This document shows positions 27,001 to 39,937 of a stretch of DNA of 64,000 nucleotides, one piece after another. Made by a program: the position numbers and the translations under genes. Below the pieces are notes generated by a model. It was given only the letters and a program-made list of their open reading frames with translations, did not search any database and was not told the DNA's origin. Within the stretch, counting starts at the first letter, position 1. Each line of letters opens with the position of its first letter. The DNA comes from Cirrosporium novae-zelandiae (taxonomy: Eukaryota): the NCBI GenBank assembly GCA_026023565.1, contig JAPETS010000007.1, positions 682,001 through 746,000 of the forward strand, written 5' to 3'.

Positions 27001-29694
27001 GACGGGTCAAGGTGATAAAAACTACTTCATTTCCAGAATCTACTGTTTCCACCTGAGTATTTTATTCATGTTCAATTCAGTGGGGAAGTTTTCCAGTAAA
27101 CTTGGCCTGCGGAGATATATTCGGCGTGAACTGCGGGTTTTGGGTTTCGTGGATATCCTAACTAGGTAATCCTTAAATGCACCTTTTTTGTCTCTGATCT
27201 GAAGTCCGTGCTAAGGTTAGTTGTGGATTTAAGTCGCTTTTTCTGATAATTTTTTCAAAGGGAGAAATGCCGCACCGATGTTCTGTTCAAATGGAATCAA
27301 ATGTTGAATGTTAGTTTGAGGGCAGATGCGTGGTTGCTTTTGTTCGCTCAGCGAGAAATCCCGCAAATGTCATTTCAAGCGGCATTGACGGTTTTGAGTG
27401 AGCCCCGAAAGAAGATGAGACCTAGAAGGTTTCAAACACTAAGTAATAGATGGACGTACTATAGCATCTTCTACTTCTACTAATTTTACTGTTATTCTAA
27501 CTCAGACTCGAGTTGCTCGCATTCATCTCTTGCCACCTTCTCGAGAGTGCAGAGTGACTTGACTTCTCTAGCCATGGGAGAGGGGGGGTTTCATACTGCT
27601 CATCGCTATCCTATCTTTTCCAATTTCTCTGGAACTTTCCCTGAATATCAACTCCAGGACTAACAATCCTGATAAATAATAATAAAACACCCCCTTCATT
27701 TACTTTTCTGAAAACACTGACAATTTATTGCAACAGACCTCATCATATGCTTAATCTGGTTATAGAATTGGTATACCGATATGCTAAATCTCAGCGACAG
27801 CAAATGACAAAATCCGGTTACACCAATTAGCACACTGGGATTTGATTCTTCGTTCTCCCGAGAGAGGTTGACATATCGAGACCCTTCTTACAAACATAGC
27901 CTCCGTACATATAATAGCATCCTAATGACGTCCAAACAGGAGCCCTTTCCTCCTGCGGCGCTCAATATCTCGATCAAGAGTTCATAATCGTGATACCAAG
28001 TACAAACATTTGATAATCATGATAGGGGCAGCCAAACAATACTATTCTAGTCCCCAACGTCGATGGGCTTACAGGTTCAACAGGTAAAAATGATGGTCTC
28101 ATAAAATGACATTCATATAGTTATAGTCCTTGTTCTGGGTATTGTATATGAACGGCTAGAACGGACAGGACTCCTTCGAGCCTACAATTGTTCGAGAGAG
28201 TCTAAAAGTATAGGCCTCTTTAATGTGAAGTTAATAATACTTCATGGGCTTTATACATATACACCAAGCGTGCCAAGGAGACAGTACTCAAAATCATCAA
28301 TGATTGTCGTTGGACCGTCTCTTGACTTGCTACTGCTCTTTCGTAGATATACTATTTTATTTCTACTACTTTATTCCTACTACTAACCCCTCCTTTTACC
28401 CGCTTACAACATTAGCGCCGACGGATGTTCTTTGGTCAAATCCTTTCTGATCTCGCATCTATGGTAAGATTCAACGGTATCCGACGGTTATCGACCCCTG
28501 GTAAGCATCCTAAGAGAGTATCTCTAGAAAATAGACTACTTCAATCTTTGTGATATCAACTACCAAATCTCTTCGCTTATCTGTTGCTACTCGACAGGTC
28601 CAAGCCAATCGACAACCACTTCCGAGATTTTATATGCATCCTACCCAAACCTCGAAAGCTATAGCGAGTACATATTAACAACCTCAGTTCAGCGCACATA
28701 TGCTTGCGGGTTTTCTACAAGGTACTATAACTAAATATGAGTAAGGTTTCCCTTGAATCTCCACTAAGACCCAGAAGCTTGGATGGACAATACGAAGTAT
28801 ATCTCTTCTTCTGCCCTTTAGGAAGCTACAGTCTACCTCTCGAAACCTAGGACAAAGTTCTCAGTCGCCTTAGCATGCTCATCCACACAAGGTTTAAAGT
28901 TCTCTCGTCACCTACAACACAAGAATTTTGACATATTCTCTTCAGCCCAGAGAAGGAAATGGTTCCATCAGCAGTAAGACAGCCCACAACATCTGCGATA
29001 TAATATTACTATGCTAGTTCAGCTAGGAACAATTCTTCGCCTTACTAGAATGTCCAGAGCCCTATTCACGGGAAGTGAATGATAGCCGAGAAGATCATAT
29101 AAGCAGCTTTTCATATTGCTATATTGAGACGGTCATCAAAATTATGGTGTTATCATAGTATAGAGACCAAGTACCCTAAAAACACCACCCTGTTCTGTTT
29201 GGAATGGGACCGTTGACGGCATAGAGAGATATCTAGTTCTTGCTTTCTTGGTGGATGGAGCTTCAGTCGATAATCATAGGTGTGAATCATACTGTCCTTC
29301 TTTATCACCACTAGAAGCATTGGTGTTTAAGTATTGTCAAATGCTGTTATAACAATTATTTTCTAACAACATCCGTGTAGATACACAACCAATACGTAAA
29401 TCAAAGTGATAAATCTATTTATCCTTCATAGCTTCACTGTACACCAGCGCAATAAATAAAAACACCACAATAGCAAAGACTAATCCAATTTAAACCCCAT
29501 ACCAAGTTATACACAATCCACACCTTTAATTATCGAAAAACAGCATATTTCACAAACAGTCCTTTGCGTCTAACCATCATTAGTTAGCACCAACCTCTCG
29601 CTTAAAATTGTCTACCAAGTATTGCACACTCCTCCCGCTAAAGTTCACACTTATGTACCAATTAACGCAAAAACCAGCCAACCAATCAGAAACA

Positions 29695-29766
29695 AGCATG
29701 GTGGCTCAGGGGAAGAGCGCCGGGCTCATAACCCGGAGGTCCCTGGATCGAAACCAGGCCATGCTA
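29695..29766 (+). tRNA. Initiator tRNA-Met(CAU)
   Basis: AGCATGG/CCATGCT acceptor with A1:U72, CCGGG-CTCATAA-CCCGG anticodon arm with three G:C pairs, T-loop ATCGAAA (A54, A60). These are eukaryotic initiator hallmarks. No intron. Confidence 0.96.
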
Positions 29767-30277
29767 TGAAAAAGAAAACTTAAGAGAGAGAAATTCCAAG
29801 ACCAAATCTCGTTTCTTTTTTCTCTCTTTTTTTTAGGAACTCATTTTTAATTTTCTGCCTTCAATTTTTTACCTCACTGTCAACTATTATTATTATTATT
29901 ATTTCATTTGTACTGTACAATCTCTTAAAGATCTTGCTAACCTACCTCTTTTTTAATTTTGCTCTCAAAAAAGTAGTGCTGTATGGGTTGTGCATCTATC
30001 AAAAAGTGAAAAAAAAAATTATTGGTTTTTTTTGCACACATGCATCTATCTTCTCTATTAATTAAATTAATTAATTGAATGACGAATCCTCTCTCGGGTA
30101 ACTTGAACATTTTTAAATAAACCAAAATACCCCTCATTTCTCCCTACCACATGTGAATCAAATCCACTTAATTTTTTCTTACCATCTCCATACATACCCT
30201 CTTCCCCCCATACCCTCACCAGCCCCTTTACTTCACTTCAACGACCTATTTCCCCAGTCTCTAACTAACAATATCAA

Positions 30278-30411
30278 GGCAAGATGACGGAGTGGCCTAA
30301 CGTGTTCGCCTGCTACCTACTTCCCTTTCTCTAATTCTATTGAATTAAAACGGAGGGAAACAAAGTTAGCGAATCCCTTCGGGGGCGTGAGTTCGAATCT
30401 CACTCTTGTCG
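30278..30411 (+). tRNA. tRNA-Ser(GCU) with 52-nt intron
   Basis: GGCAAGA/TCTTGTC acceptor, TTCGC-CT-GCT-A-[intron 30316-30367]-A-GCGAA, variable arm CCCTTCGGGG, GTGAG-TTCGAAT-CTCAC T-arm, discriminator G, long T-run terminator. Confidence 0.92.
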
Positions 30412-32274
30412 GTTCCTTTTTTTTTTTTTGTGAGATTGGTTGATGATGTTTGATGTTGATTTTTCGTTGGGCGGTCATCCACTTTTCATGTTCGTGGGTA
30501 GGTAGGAGGGAATCACTTATTAAATAGGATTAGTCCGATATCTAAGCTATTCGTTATATGACTATTCGTGGGGAGGGAGAAGCATTACCCAGATTCATAT
30601 ACTAAGTGTCCCATCTACAAAAAAGCCCATCACCACAATCATAACAAAATCGCCTTTTCCATTTCAACGATCCAAGGCGAAGAAGGGAAGAGAGGAGAAG
30701 AAGCCCACACATAGAATTCGGACGGCCGTCGAGTCAGTGGAATGAAGTATCAAGTGAAATGGAGTCGTTGTTAATATATATGTTACTCTCTCTCTCTACA
30801 TAGCGAATGAATGTATACATAAATATCACCCCCCCCGCTACCTACATCTAACCCTAGCAGCAACAGCAACAGACCAGCAACAGACCAGCACCCAATTTAC
30901 CAACTCCCATCCAATCTCCCAACCCCCCCCTAAAAAAAAAGAAATTTACAATTCCTATATACATTATATGTACACGTTTTTTTATCATGCTCGAGTTGCA
31001 ACAAACAAAGCTACAAGTTTTTTTTATGATGATAACGAAACTAACTAGCTAGCCTAAAGAAAGGTGCGCGCGTATGCGTGCGTTCATTCATCAAACAATT
31101 GCCCCTAAAAAAAGGCGAATATATATATAATCAACTTGTATATCGTCGGACGCCTACATACATACATACAGACGTATGTATATCCTATTCGCCACTAATG
31201 AATATAAATGCCCAATTGGAACACTAGACGTCCGCTAGACCCAACCAAGTCCTTGTAAAAAAAATACATAACCCACCTACCTCACAGAATAAACATCCCT
31301 AAAGACCCAAAGGACAGATCAAATATCTCGCTCGAACAAAACCAGAAATACTATTCTTTATCATGTAATGTAGTCTAGTCCAAAAACCCACAACCATCCT
31401 CATTTGTCATTTTCGTAATTTATTTACTGTATAGTACACCTACAACGAATAATAGCTACGAAAAAGGGTTAAAATAGCTAAGACTTCTTCTAACACAAGC
31501 CAAGCCAGACGTGCCGTTTTTATTCTGTTGCTGTTACTGCTGCAGCATACTGTAAGTTCTGCTTTCTAGAATACCCCTAGCTCAGCTCAGCTCAGCATAT
31601 TTTGGCTCTACTTCACTCTACCTATAGTAGCTGACAATCCATCGGCCAAGTGATTCATAATAGCAATACATGTTCTCTTTCCTGTGGATCATAATATCCC
31701 GGATCCGATTTCCCTCCAACCGTGTCCGCATTCATCGCATGATCATATAGTTGGCTTTACCTAACCTTTCGCCCCTCAAGCAAAGCACAAGCACATATCT
31801 GCCTACTGCTCGTAAGTCCATCCGCTCATATTCATTCGTATAATTATGTAAACAAATGAATAGAATAGAATAGAAAAAAAAATACGGTGTAGGGTAGACT
31901 GATAATAAAAGCATGCCACATCTCATCTCCCATGTTATGTTCCGTGGACTACTCGCTATTGCAATCCAACAAAGCCCACCGCGTGCTAAGCTTAGTGAGG
32001 AAAAATGGTACACAAGAGAAAATGCAAGCGTTGTGATACTCAAAGGTGAGCTAAAACAGAGGGCATAACAGGCTTTTCTTGGCCGCAAATACGTAAATTG
32101 TGCTTTTGATAACCAGGTCCCGTTCTGTGAATCTGTCGAACATGCTGCGTGGCATTTATCGACTATTAAATGGAACAGAAGGGAATTTCAGTCCATTTTA
32201 TCTCTTTATCACACTTAGCAAGACGGTTAGTAGGAAATAATTACGAGGTTTATGGTGGTAATGGTGGAAATGCA

Positions 32275-35200
32275 TCACCAATTCACACCATCGTATGCCA
32301 CGCCATTCGCATCCCAATTTCCTTCTTTCCTTGACGCCTCTATTCGTAGACCTTCGGGTGGTAAAGCGGGACCTTGATAAACAATGTCCTCCATTTCTTT
32401 AGGTTCTGTCGACGGTTGACGTTCCGCTGGTGGCAACTCCTTGATATATCTCTTGACCGTTTCAACTAATTCTTCATCTAGGCCCTCGCGGATATAAACT
32501 AGGAAGTAAGGGGTCGGGGGATCTCGGCCCTGGAACTCAGGCTCTTGCGAACGGTCGGAGAAGATTTCCTGTTGTGGATTTGCGACTTCACTGATGTTGT
32601 CGTCATTGTATTTCCGCCAGATCCTTGACTTGAAGTCGTAGATATAAATCCAATAGTGCCCGAAGCTAACTCTGCCACGGTGAATGAAGACTGAATGCAA
32701 GCGATAAGGAATTTTGCGGAGATCTGCAAATTGGCTTTGAATTGAAGTGCGGAGGTCTTTGATGGAAACATTGATTTCTATTGAGAAGAAGGCATGAGTT
32801 AGTCTCCACCACATTACCTGTAAAGAGCTGCATAACTTACTCTCTACTTCTTCCTTGAGTGCAGTGCTAGCTTCCTCGATATCAGCAACTAGCGCAGGAT
32901 CTATAACTAAAGGATCTTGGTCGTCCTCTTCAACTTGTTGGATATCTAGTAAATGTTGTCTTGTAAGTTCCATTCCCTCAGGAACATCCACGTCGGCCTA
33001 GAGGAATTAAGTCAGGGTGCATAACGCAATACCAAGGACTTGTTTTACTTACCTCGCTCTGCATGAGCTCTACCTTTCGGGATTCTAATTTTCTAAGTTC
33101 GTCTTTCCATCTCCAGCAATCCTCCCGACGTAAAATGAGTTCCGGCTCCTCAAGTTGCATGTATCGATCAAGGAAGATTCTTTCTTGAAGTTCCAGATAG
33201 TGATGTGATTTGTACGCCTCGCCTTTGTTTGCATCAAATTGGGCACGATGGACAAGTATCTGCAGCACGGGTGGTATTGTCTTGATACAAGAGTACTGTA
33301 TTGCAGTTTTACCCGGTGTTAAATCAACGACTTGTCTGTCAAAGGAACCGTCTAGAGCAGAGTAGATATCTTGAGGTCCTGAAGCCATAGAAACTTTAAT
33401 ATCGGTAAAGAACTCCACTTTCGATCGCTTATTATCATTTTCGAGAGTATGAGTTTCTGTCTTTCCATAAAAAAGGCTATACAAATATCAGCAGTTGTTA
33501 GATCACCATGGAATAAACAGGCACCAACTGTTTGATTTCGTCCAATTGTTCACCATTCTCATCTATGTCAACGGGCTTCATAGCGCATTCCAATTGGAAA
33601 AGCACATTCGCAATAACCTCTGTGACATCTTGCTGAGCTCCAATTCTAATTTCTTCTTCTATTCTTTGTTCTTCCTCTTTTCGCTGCTCTTCGTCATCTT
33701 TAGGCTTCGGCCGAGGGGGTACTGGAGGTGGTATAGCTTTCTTGGGAGATTTTGCCGTTCCTTCGTTGATATTAAGATCATTGACCTCGTCTGTGGTCTT
33801 GTCTGGGTTCTCACCGTGCGGCTGCTCATTCATTCGAGAGGGAGAAGTCTCTGTAAAAGGAGGCGTATATTCGGGAGTAGGAGGTATAGGAACATCGGCG
33901 GCATTGGGTGCTAAGTTTTCCTTGTTTTCGAAGATATTTTGTTGGGACTCGATAGAATCAATCACCATCGGGTCCTCTGGAGATACTAGTGTTGCCTCAC
34001 TTGAAGCATCTCCTCTTTGTGGCTGTGTAACATCTCCATTTTGATCTAGTTGGTCTATCGCTGGTGCTGCTGTATTGGCAATAGCTTCATCATAAGCAGG
34101 TGGAGGACCCAACGGTCCCATGACTGGCATGCCATTAATTTGACCAATGGAAGAGGACGGCTTTGTGATGGTTGATCTCCGTCGCAATGTTTCTACGGCA
34201 TTCGAAGTAACAAGTGTGAGCCTGGCTAACTCTTTCTCTGGCATGAAGTTCCTGGGAGACTGAATCATATCGCGGAAAAGTTTGGCAAGCTGGTTAACAA
34301 CTAAAAAAGTCGTTAGCACGAAAGAGCAAGGGTAGAGTTTGCCATTGACATACATTCTTGAGCACGTTCAACCTCTTTTGGCCCAACTTTCCTTGATCCG
34401 ACTTGCTTGTTCTTCAGTGTTTCATCATTGATATCCATCTTATAGTCATCAAAGTCAAGAACAAGTTCACGTAATGGTTTGATTGTGAAATAGAACTGCA
34501 GGAGACTGTTGAGATAACAGGTGTTGCCTCTATTAAGAAGTCCGATGGGCCATTCAGCAGGATTGTGGTCCTTGCGACCATCATTAGCAGCACCTAGGAG
34601 TTTATCGCTGTCCCTTGACCTTGCAATAGCTTTCAGCGCGGTTCGTAGGTCCCCAAGCTGTGAGGGTGCTTCTTCGAGTTTGATGTAATAGGTTGCAAGG
34701 ATGATATCATCATCAATCGTTCGGTCTGAAATTCCCAAACGGGTATAAGCTTGTCCGATATCCATTTCAACCTCTCCAAGTTGTCCAGATAATAAAAAGC
34801 TTTTGAGACTATCACTGTTCCTTTTATCTGCTATTATACGTAGCGCTTTGGTTGAAATTTCTCTGTCACTAGGAGATTCGTTCATCTAAATAGGAATTAG
34901 AATAGTTTCGAAATAGCAGCTCTACCAAGCATTCTCAAATAAGGAGTTCCGACTGATTATGGGAAGGGGTGATGGCGTACTTTGACCTCATACAAGCTGA
35001 CTACAAAATCATCGCTGTAGTCTTCTTTAATATCTAGCCAATTAAGAGCGTCTTGGTAAGTAGTCATGGCTTAGTCCTAGTTAGTGTCATCCTGAATTAT
35101 TATAACGATGAAGACTCACTATTATCGTTAACAACGTCTAAAATCTTCCGACTTTGTCGTTCTTCCGCTATCAGCCGCAGTTTGTTACGTGCTTCATTTT

Positions 35201-36835
35201 CATGAAGTTTAGAATCAGAGACCCTTGAATTGAAAAGACCGATGATAGTTTCGTCATCGTAATTACTGGGGTCATCTCCGTTGCAAAAATACTTGTAAGC
35301 ATCTACAATGTCCTTGCGGCTCACAGCACCTTTTGATTCTTCCATCACAGCTTCCGTTTGTAAATATTCACTACTACGAGCTTTCGCCAACTCCTGAAGG
35401 CATTCCAAATAATATGGAGAATGCTCCGGATCGGTAGCTTTTTGGCGGTTGTAGCAGTATAGTACAAGCTGATCAGAAAAGTCGGGCAACGCACCAAGAC
35501 TTGCGATGTAACTGCCAGTGGGGTTAACAAAAAAACATATGATAGGAATTTGGAATGAATAGCGTACTGATCTTTGGGATCTGTACTTGTTGGGCCACTA
35601 GACCGGGTGCCTTTGGCATCACTATGCTTGTCATCTGTATACTTATATCAATATAGTGCTCACAACAAAAAGGAAATGAATATCCTTACAATCCAAACAT
35701 CCTAAAGTCCTCTCGAGTTCCCGAAGGGCAGGTTGAGGTTGAAATGTAATGGGGGCGTTTTGTTGTTCTATACCTGGTCGCTGTGACCAGAGGGCAAAGG
35801 CTTCAATCCTGACATCGTCAAGTAGCTGACGCTGGTCACAAAATTTCGTCGTCGATAGATCGGGGCTCGGAGGCAAGATAAAATCAGACTAAGATAACTT
35901 TGTAATCAGAAAAAGGGGTATGGGATATTGGTCTCATCTATTTCACGGATACGTACATTTTGTGAGAACCCCAAGTACCTTAACAAATTGCTACAAGGAC
36001 CATCAATCGATCCAAAGCTCAAAAGCCATTGCCTATTATCCTTGGCAATGTTCTGTCGCTTTTGCGCAGGAAGTGTGAGGACATTGAAAAGATAAGTATA
36101 GAGATTTGAGAGAATTTTGATAGGAAGCTGTTCGGATTTTCCCTGGGGGTCAAATTTCATAGGGTATGCTTCCACTGCGGCTTCATATCTCTGCTTGATC
36201 ATATCAGGATCTGTCAAGAGCTTAACAAATTCTGGTGTTAATCTTGGCGATCGTGTTTCTAATTTCACAAGTGCACAACATGATGGGGACGAGCATTGAA
36301 AGACATGAGCATCATCCCAACTTTCATTTCGATCCACCCCCGGTTTTCGTGGACAAGATTGCTCCGGGAGATACAGGAAGTGATGTAATGGATATTCTGC
36401 ATTTGGGCATGGCATTTGAGCTCCACTGCGAAAGTCCACGGTTGCAGTCAAGTGACACCGGCACTCCGAACAAGTGGCTGCAACTCTATATAAAGTAGAA
36501 CCATCTGGCTGAGTGCCAAATGCTGGCAACTCACTCTGATCTTGTTTCAAGATATATCGGTGGTGGCAATCTCCCGGAACTCCCTTCCTGGGTATTGGCT
36601 TGTCGTGTTCGAACTGCGGGGCAGGGTCGGTGAGGATGTTAGAGGTGGGAGGGCAAAAGACCGAAGAGTCATACAGGTGAAGGTCTCGTATTAATATAGG
36701 AGCGGTCTTGCCTAACAAAATATTAATAAAAATCGAAGGGTAGGGCCGATGATGTAACATACCAGGTTCAGACTTTCCTCCTACCTTCGCCTTCTTTGCC
36801 ATGCCATTTAGCATGGCGCCTTCATCGAAGGCCAT
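32275..36835 (-). CDS. UBP2: Ubiquitin carboxyl-terminal hydrolase Ubp2 (USP family), multi-exon
   Basis: Cys box GLLNRGNTCYLNSLLQFYF, QQDVTEVI, His box HSVFIHRGRVSFGHYWIYI...KYND. N-terminal Cys/His region (CSECRCH, YPLHHF) and repeated 'AY..LGI....DDD.I' units typical of Ubp2. About ten canonical introns. Confidence 0.9.
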
Positions 36836-37338
36836 TCTCTTTGAGGAGGCCAAAACTTGTATACGTTGGTCCACACGACCACCATCTGCCCAAGATTCTT
36901 AAATAAGAATTAAGCTGTTTTCGCTTCCTCAGGTTGGTTCGTAGAACATAAAAGCCGGGTTAGCAACACCTGTTTCGTTCCCCACATGGAAAAGAGCAGC
37001 ACTTCTAAGAAAACTGAGATGGGTCAAATCTGAGTCATAAGTGAGAGCTGTTCATAATTTACTGGTTCGCAGATAGATACACGGGAAAATGAAGGGTTCA
37101 TAATAACTCTCATATCAGCCTGAAGGTTTCCCAGTATGGGCTACGCCAGGGAATTTTTTTGTTCCGGTATCAGGAACGGCTTTTACCGTTCCATCTCCAA
37201 GCTGTCCGGCTACCAACGTCAAAGTCAATCATTATCGTCATATTTGCGAGGTAGCGACTGAAGCAAAACCCTCAACGACTCCACTCTTCTCTATAATTGG
37301 ACTTACAGACTTGCGGCATAGTCTTGCCAGCAATCGAT

Positions 37339-38081
37339 ATGTTCTCAAACGATATGGTTTACGAACCGAAGGATGCCGTCGGGCAAACTATCAACTCGAC
37401 GTTGATTACCGGCGGAGCTGGGTTACTCTTTGCAGCAGTCCAGAACAGCCTTGCAAAGCACAATGTCTCTGCTTGGGGCGTATTCACCAAATCAGGTGGT
37501 ATAATTGCCACTTTTGGTGAGGACTTTTATAAACCTATTTTAACTCAAGTATAAGACTTATGTATTTTTACAGCTGGCATGGGCGCAAGCTTCGAATTCA
37601 TGAAAACTGCATCTGCCAATCTACGGCAGAAAGATGACCCACTTAATCACGCTATTGGCGGGTTATTTGCGGGATCGGTCCTTGGATTACACTGTATGAA
37701 CTACAGAAGGTCACCTTTTATTTCACGATGTTGGCTAAATCGAATCCAGTTCGAACTATTCCTGCGGTGATGGGATACGGTGCAGGTTTGGCCGTTGTTA
37801 TGGGCGCTGTAGAGTATACGGGAAACACACTTGGCACTAATAAGACGCAAGACGAGGATGACTACGCGAAAAAGATGAAGATGCGGATGAACCGGAGACG
37901 GCCAATCCAGGAGACCCTTGACGCAATTGGTGAAGGAAGAGGTGAGTTTATGAGGATACTAGAGTTAGGTGTATCACCACTAATTGGTTATGATGAAATA
38001 GGTATTATGGGTCCTGGCTATGCGGAACGACGAGCAAAACGGATAAAGGAGAACTATGGAATTGATGTGCCTACAAGATAA
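37339..38081 (+). CDS. NDUFA11: NADH:ubiquinone oxidoreductase 21.3-kDa subunit (NDUFA11, Tim17/22/23-like fold)
   Basis: YEPKDAVG...GAGLLFAAVQNSL...AWGVFTKSG...ASANLRQKDDPLNHAIGG...RRRPIQET...GEGRGIMGPGYAERR...YGI. Three GT-AG introns. Confidence 0.88.
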
Positions 38082-39937
38082 AATGCAGTGTTTATATGCT
38101 CATGGTGTGAATATTGAGGTAGATGTTCAATTTACTGCCTCAGAGGATTGTATAATAACTTGGATCGACTCATCAACTGGACAAGACCTATGAGGCAGTC
38201 GAGAATGAAGGATGAATTAGAGTCGGGGCAAAGATCTGGCATATGAGCGCTTCTCCGCGTCTATGGCGGGGATAGGATAGAGCCGAAAAGCTTATATGGG
38301 TCAGTTTTCGGTGCAAAGCGTATACCAGCCGCGCCATGGTGTAAGTTTAGAGATTTTGATCAAGCTGAGTTCCGGAAGAATTCGAGAAGCGTGTTTATTG
38401 GTCAATCGTTTCCTAAATAGATATCCACAAATACCAGGGACGATAAGTGCGGCCCGCTTTCTGTCGTCATTGCAACTCACTTGGATCTGGTGATAAGTAG
38501 TAGTGAGTGAGTAGCAAGAAAAGAATGATGCGTCCCATGATCATCTCAGCATTATTTCAGGCTCTCATCAGCTTTTAGTAAAGGAATAAGAGCCAATACT
38601 TTTGTTATAGATGATTGGGCTAATGACGACGATAAAGAATATTGGCCATGAATTATCTAGTATTTTTATTCAAGAATCAAGAGTACAAAAAAGGAGTCAA
38701 TACCTAAGTAGTCATAGGTAGGGAGTAAAGTGCATGGAACCTCAAATACTGTAATAAGGTCAATATGGTCTTTAGTTATGAATAACTGATTCTGTAGTCT
38801 ACTTAGAATCGGTCACATCCGAAGAGACAAAAAAAGTTTGCTTCAAGAAGGGGGGGGGGGTAGGTGTTAGTAAAGGTTGATACACATGTGTAGGTTGCGT
38901 AATAAAAAAGAATTATCGATACCCCTTGACCGACATAAGGCTATTTGTAATATTTAGAAGTTTTACACAGTGGAATTACACACAGTAAAAAGTATTCAGT
39001 AGAGGGGGGAGAGGGGTTGTAAGTATCACGGCATCGGGGCATTGGAGACCGGCCGTAAGCCCTGAACTTGAACCCACTGAATCCTCTAAACCTCTAAAAT
39101 TCACGAATCAACTCAACTCATTCCCTTTTACAGGCTTTGACCAGGCCCATAAACTCATAAACTCCATAGGTTCATAACCATGATAAGTTCTAGCAAAGTT
39201 ATGGGTGGAGTTTTAGAAGCTCGAATAGTTAAGTAGTTAGTATTTAGTCCTTCTTTTCCTCGGGAATGGTGAGACTATCGAGTAGTAGACCCTGTAGAAC
39301 ATGAAATCTGGAACCCCGCGTTTTCTTGTCTTTTCCCCCTTGAGGCATCATCTAACCATCGCAGGCATGAAGCAGGCATGAAAGAGAGGAGACAGCCAGT
39401 GTAAGGGACCATTAAAACACACCCAAAACGCATCGTTGACTTTTTGATTCGAGGTACACATATACACACTCTCTCTGTGCCCTTCAGCCTCTTCGTCATA
39501 TTACAGCCATCCACTACCATACATCCATAGCATGAGCCATCTATTGCCTTCTTCTCCTCCTCCTGCCACCCACTACTCCCCACTTGAATAAGTAATTTCC
39601 ACCGTACTTCTTCACCTCCCTTCTACTTTTCATATTTCATCTGTATCAATTCGGCGGTGGTATTGTTTAACTACTCTTGATCCCCTTAATCTACCGATCC
39701 TAGACCGCTTCCCGTTCTCCTTCAGCGACACTAATCATTTACGGCCTCGTCTCCTTGATTGCATTAACCGTTAACGAAAGCTTAAAGACCCATCTGCCTG
39801 CTGCTTCTAGACGACTTCTTTCATATCCAACTACCAAGCAATCAAGTGCTCAGACCCCATCCTTGGAGTCATTGATTCTGAATAACCGTGATCTCCTATC
39901 ACTTCACATCAATCATTCACCAACAACAACAATTTCA

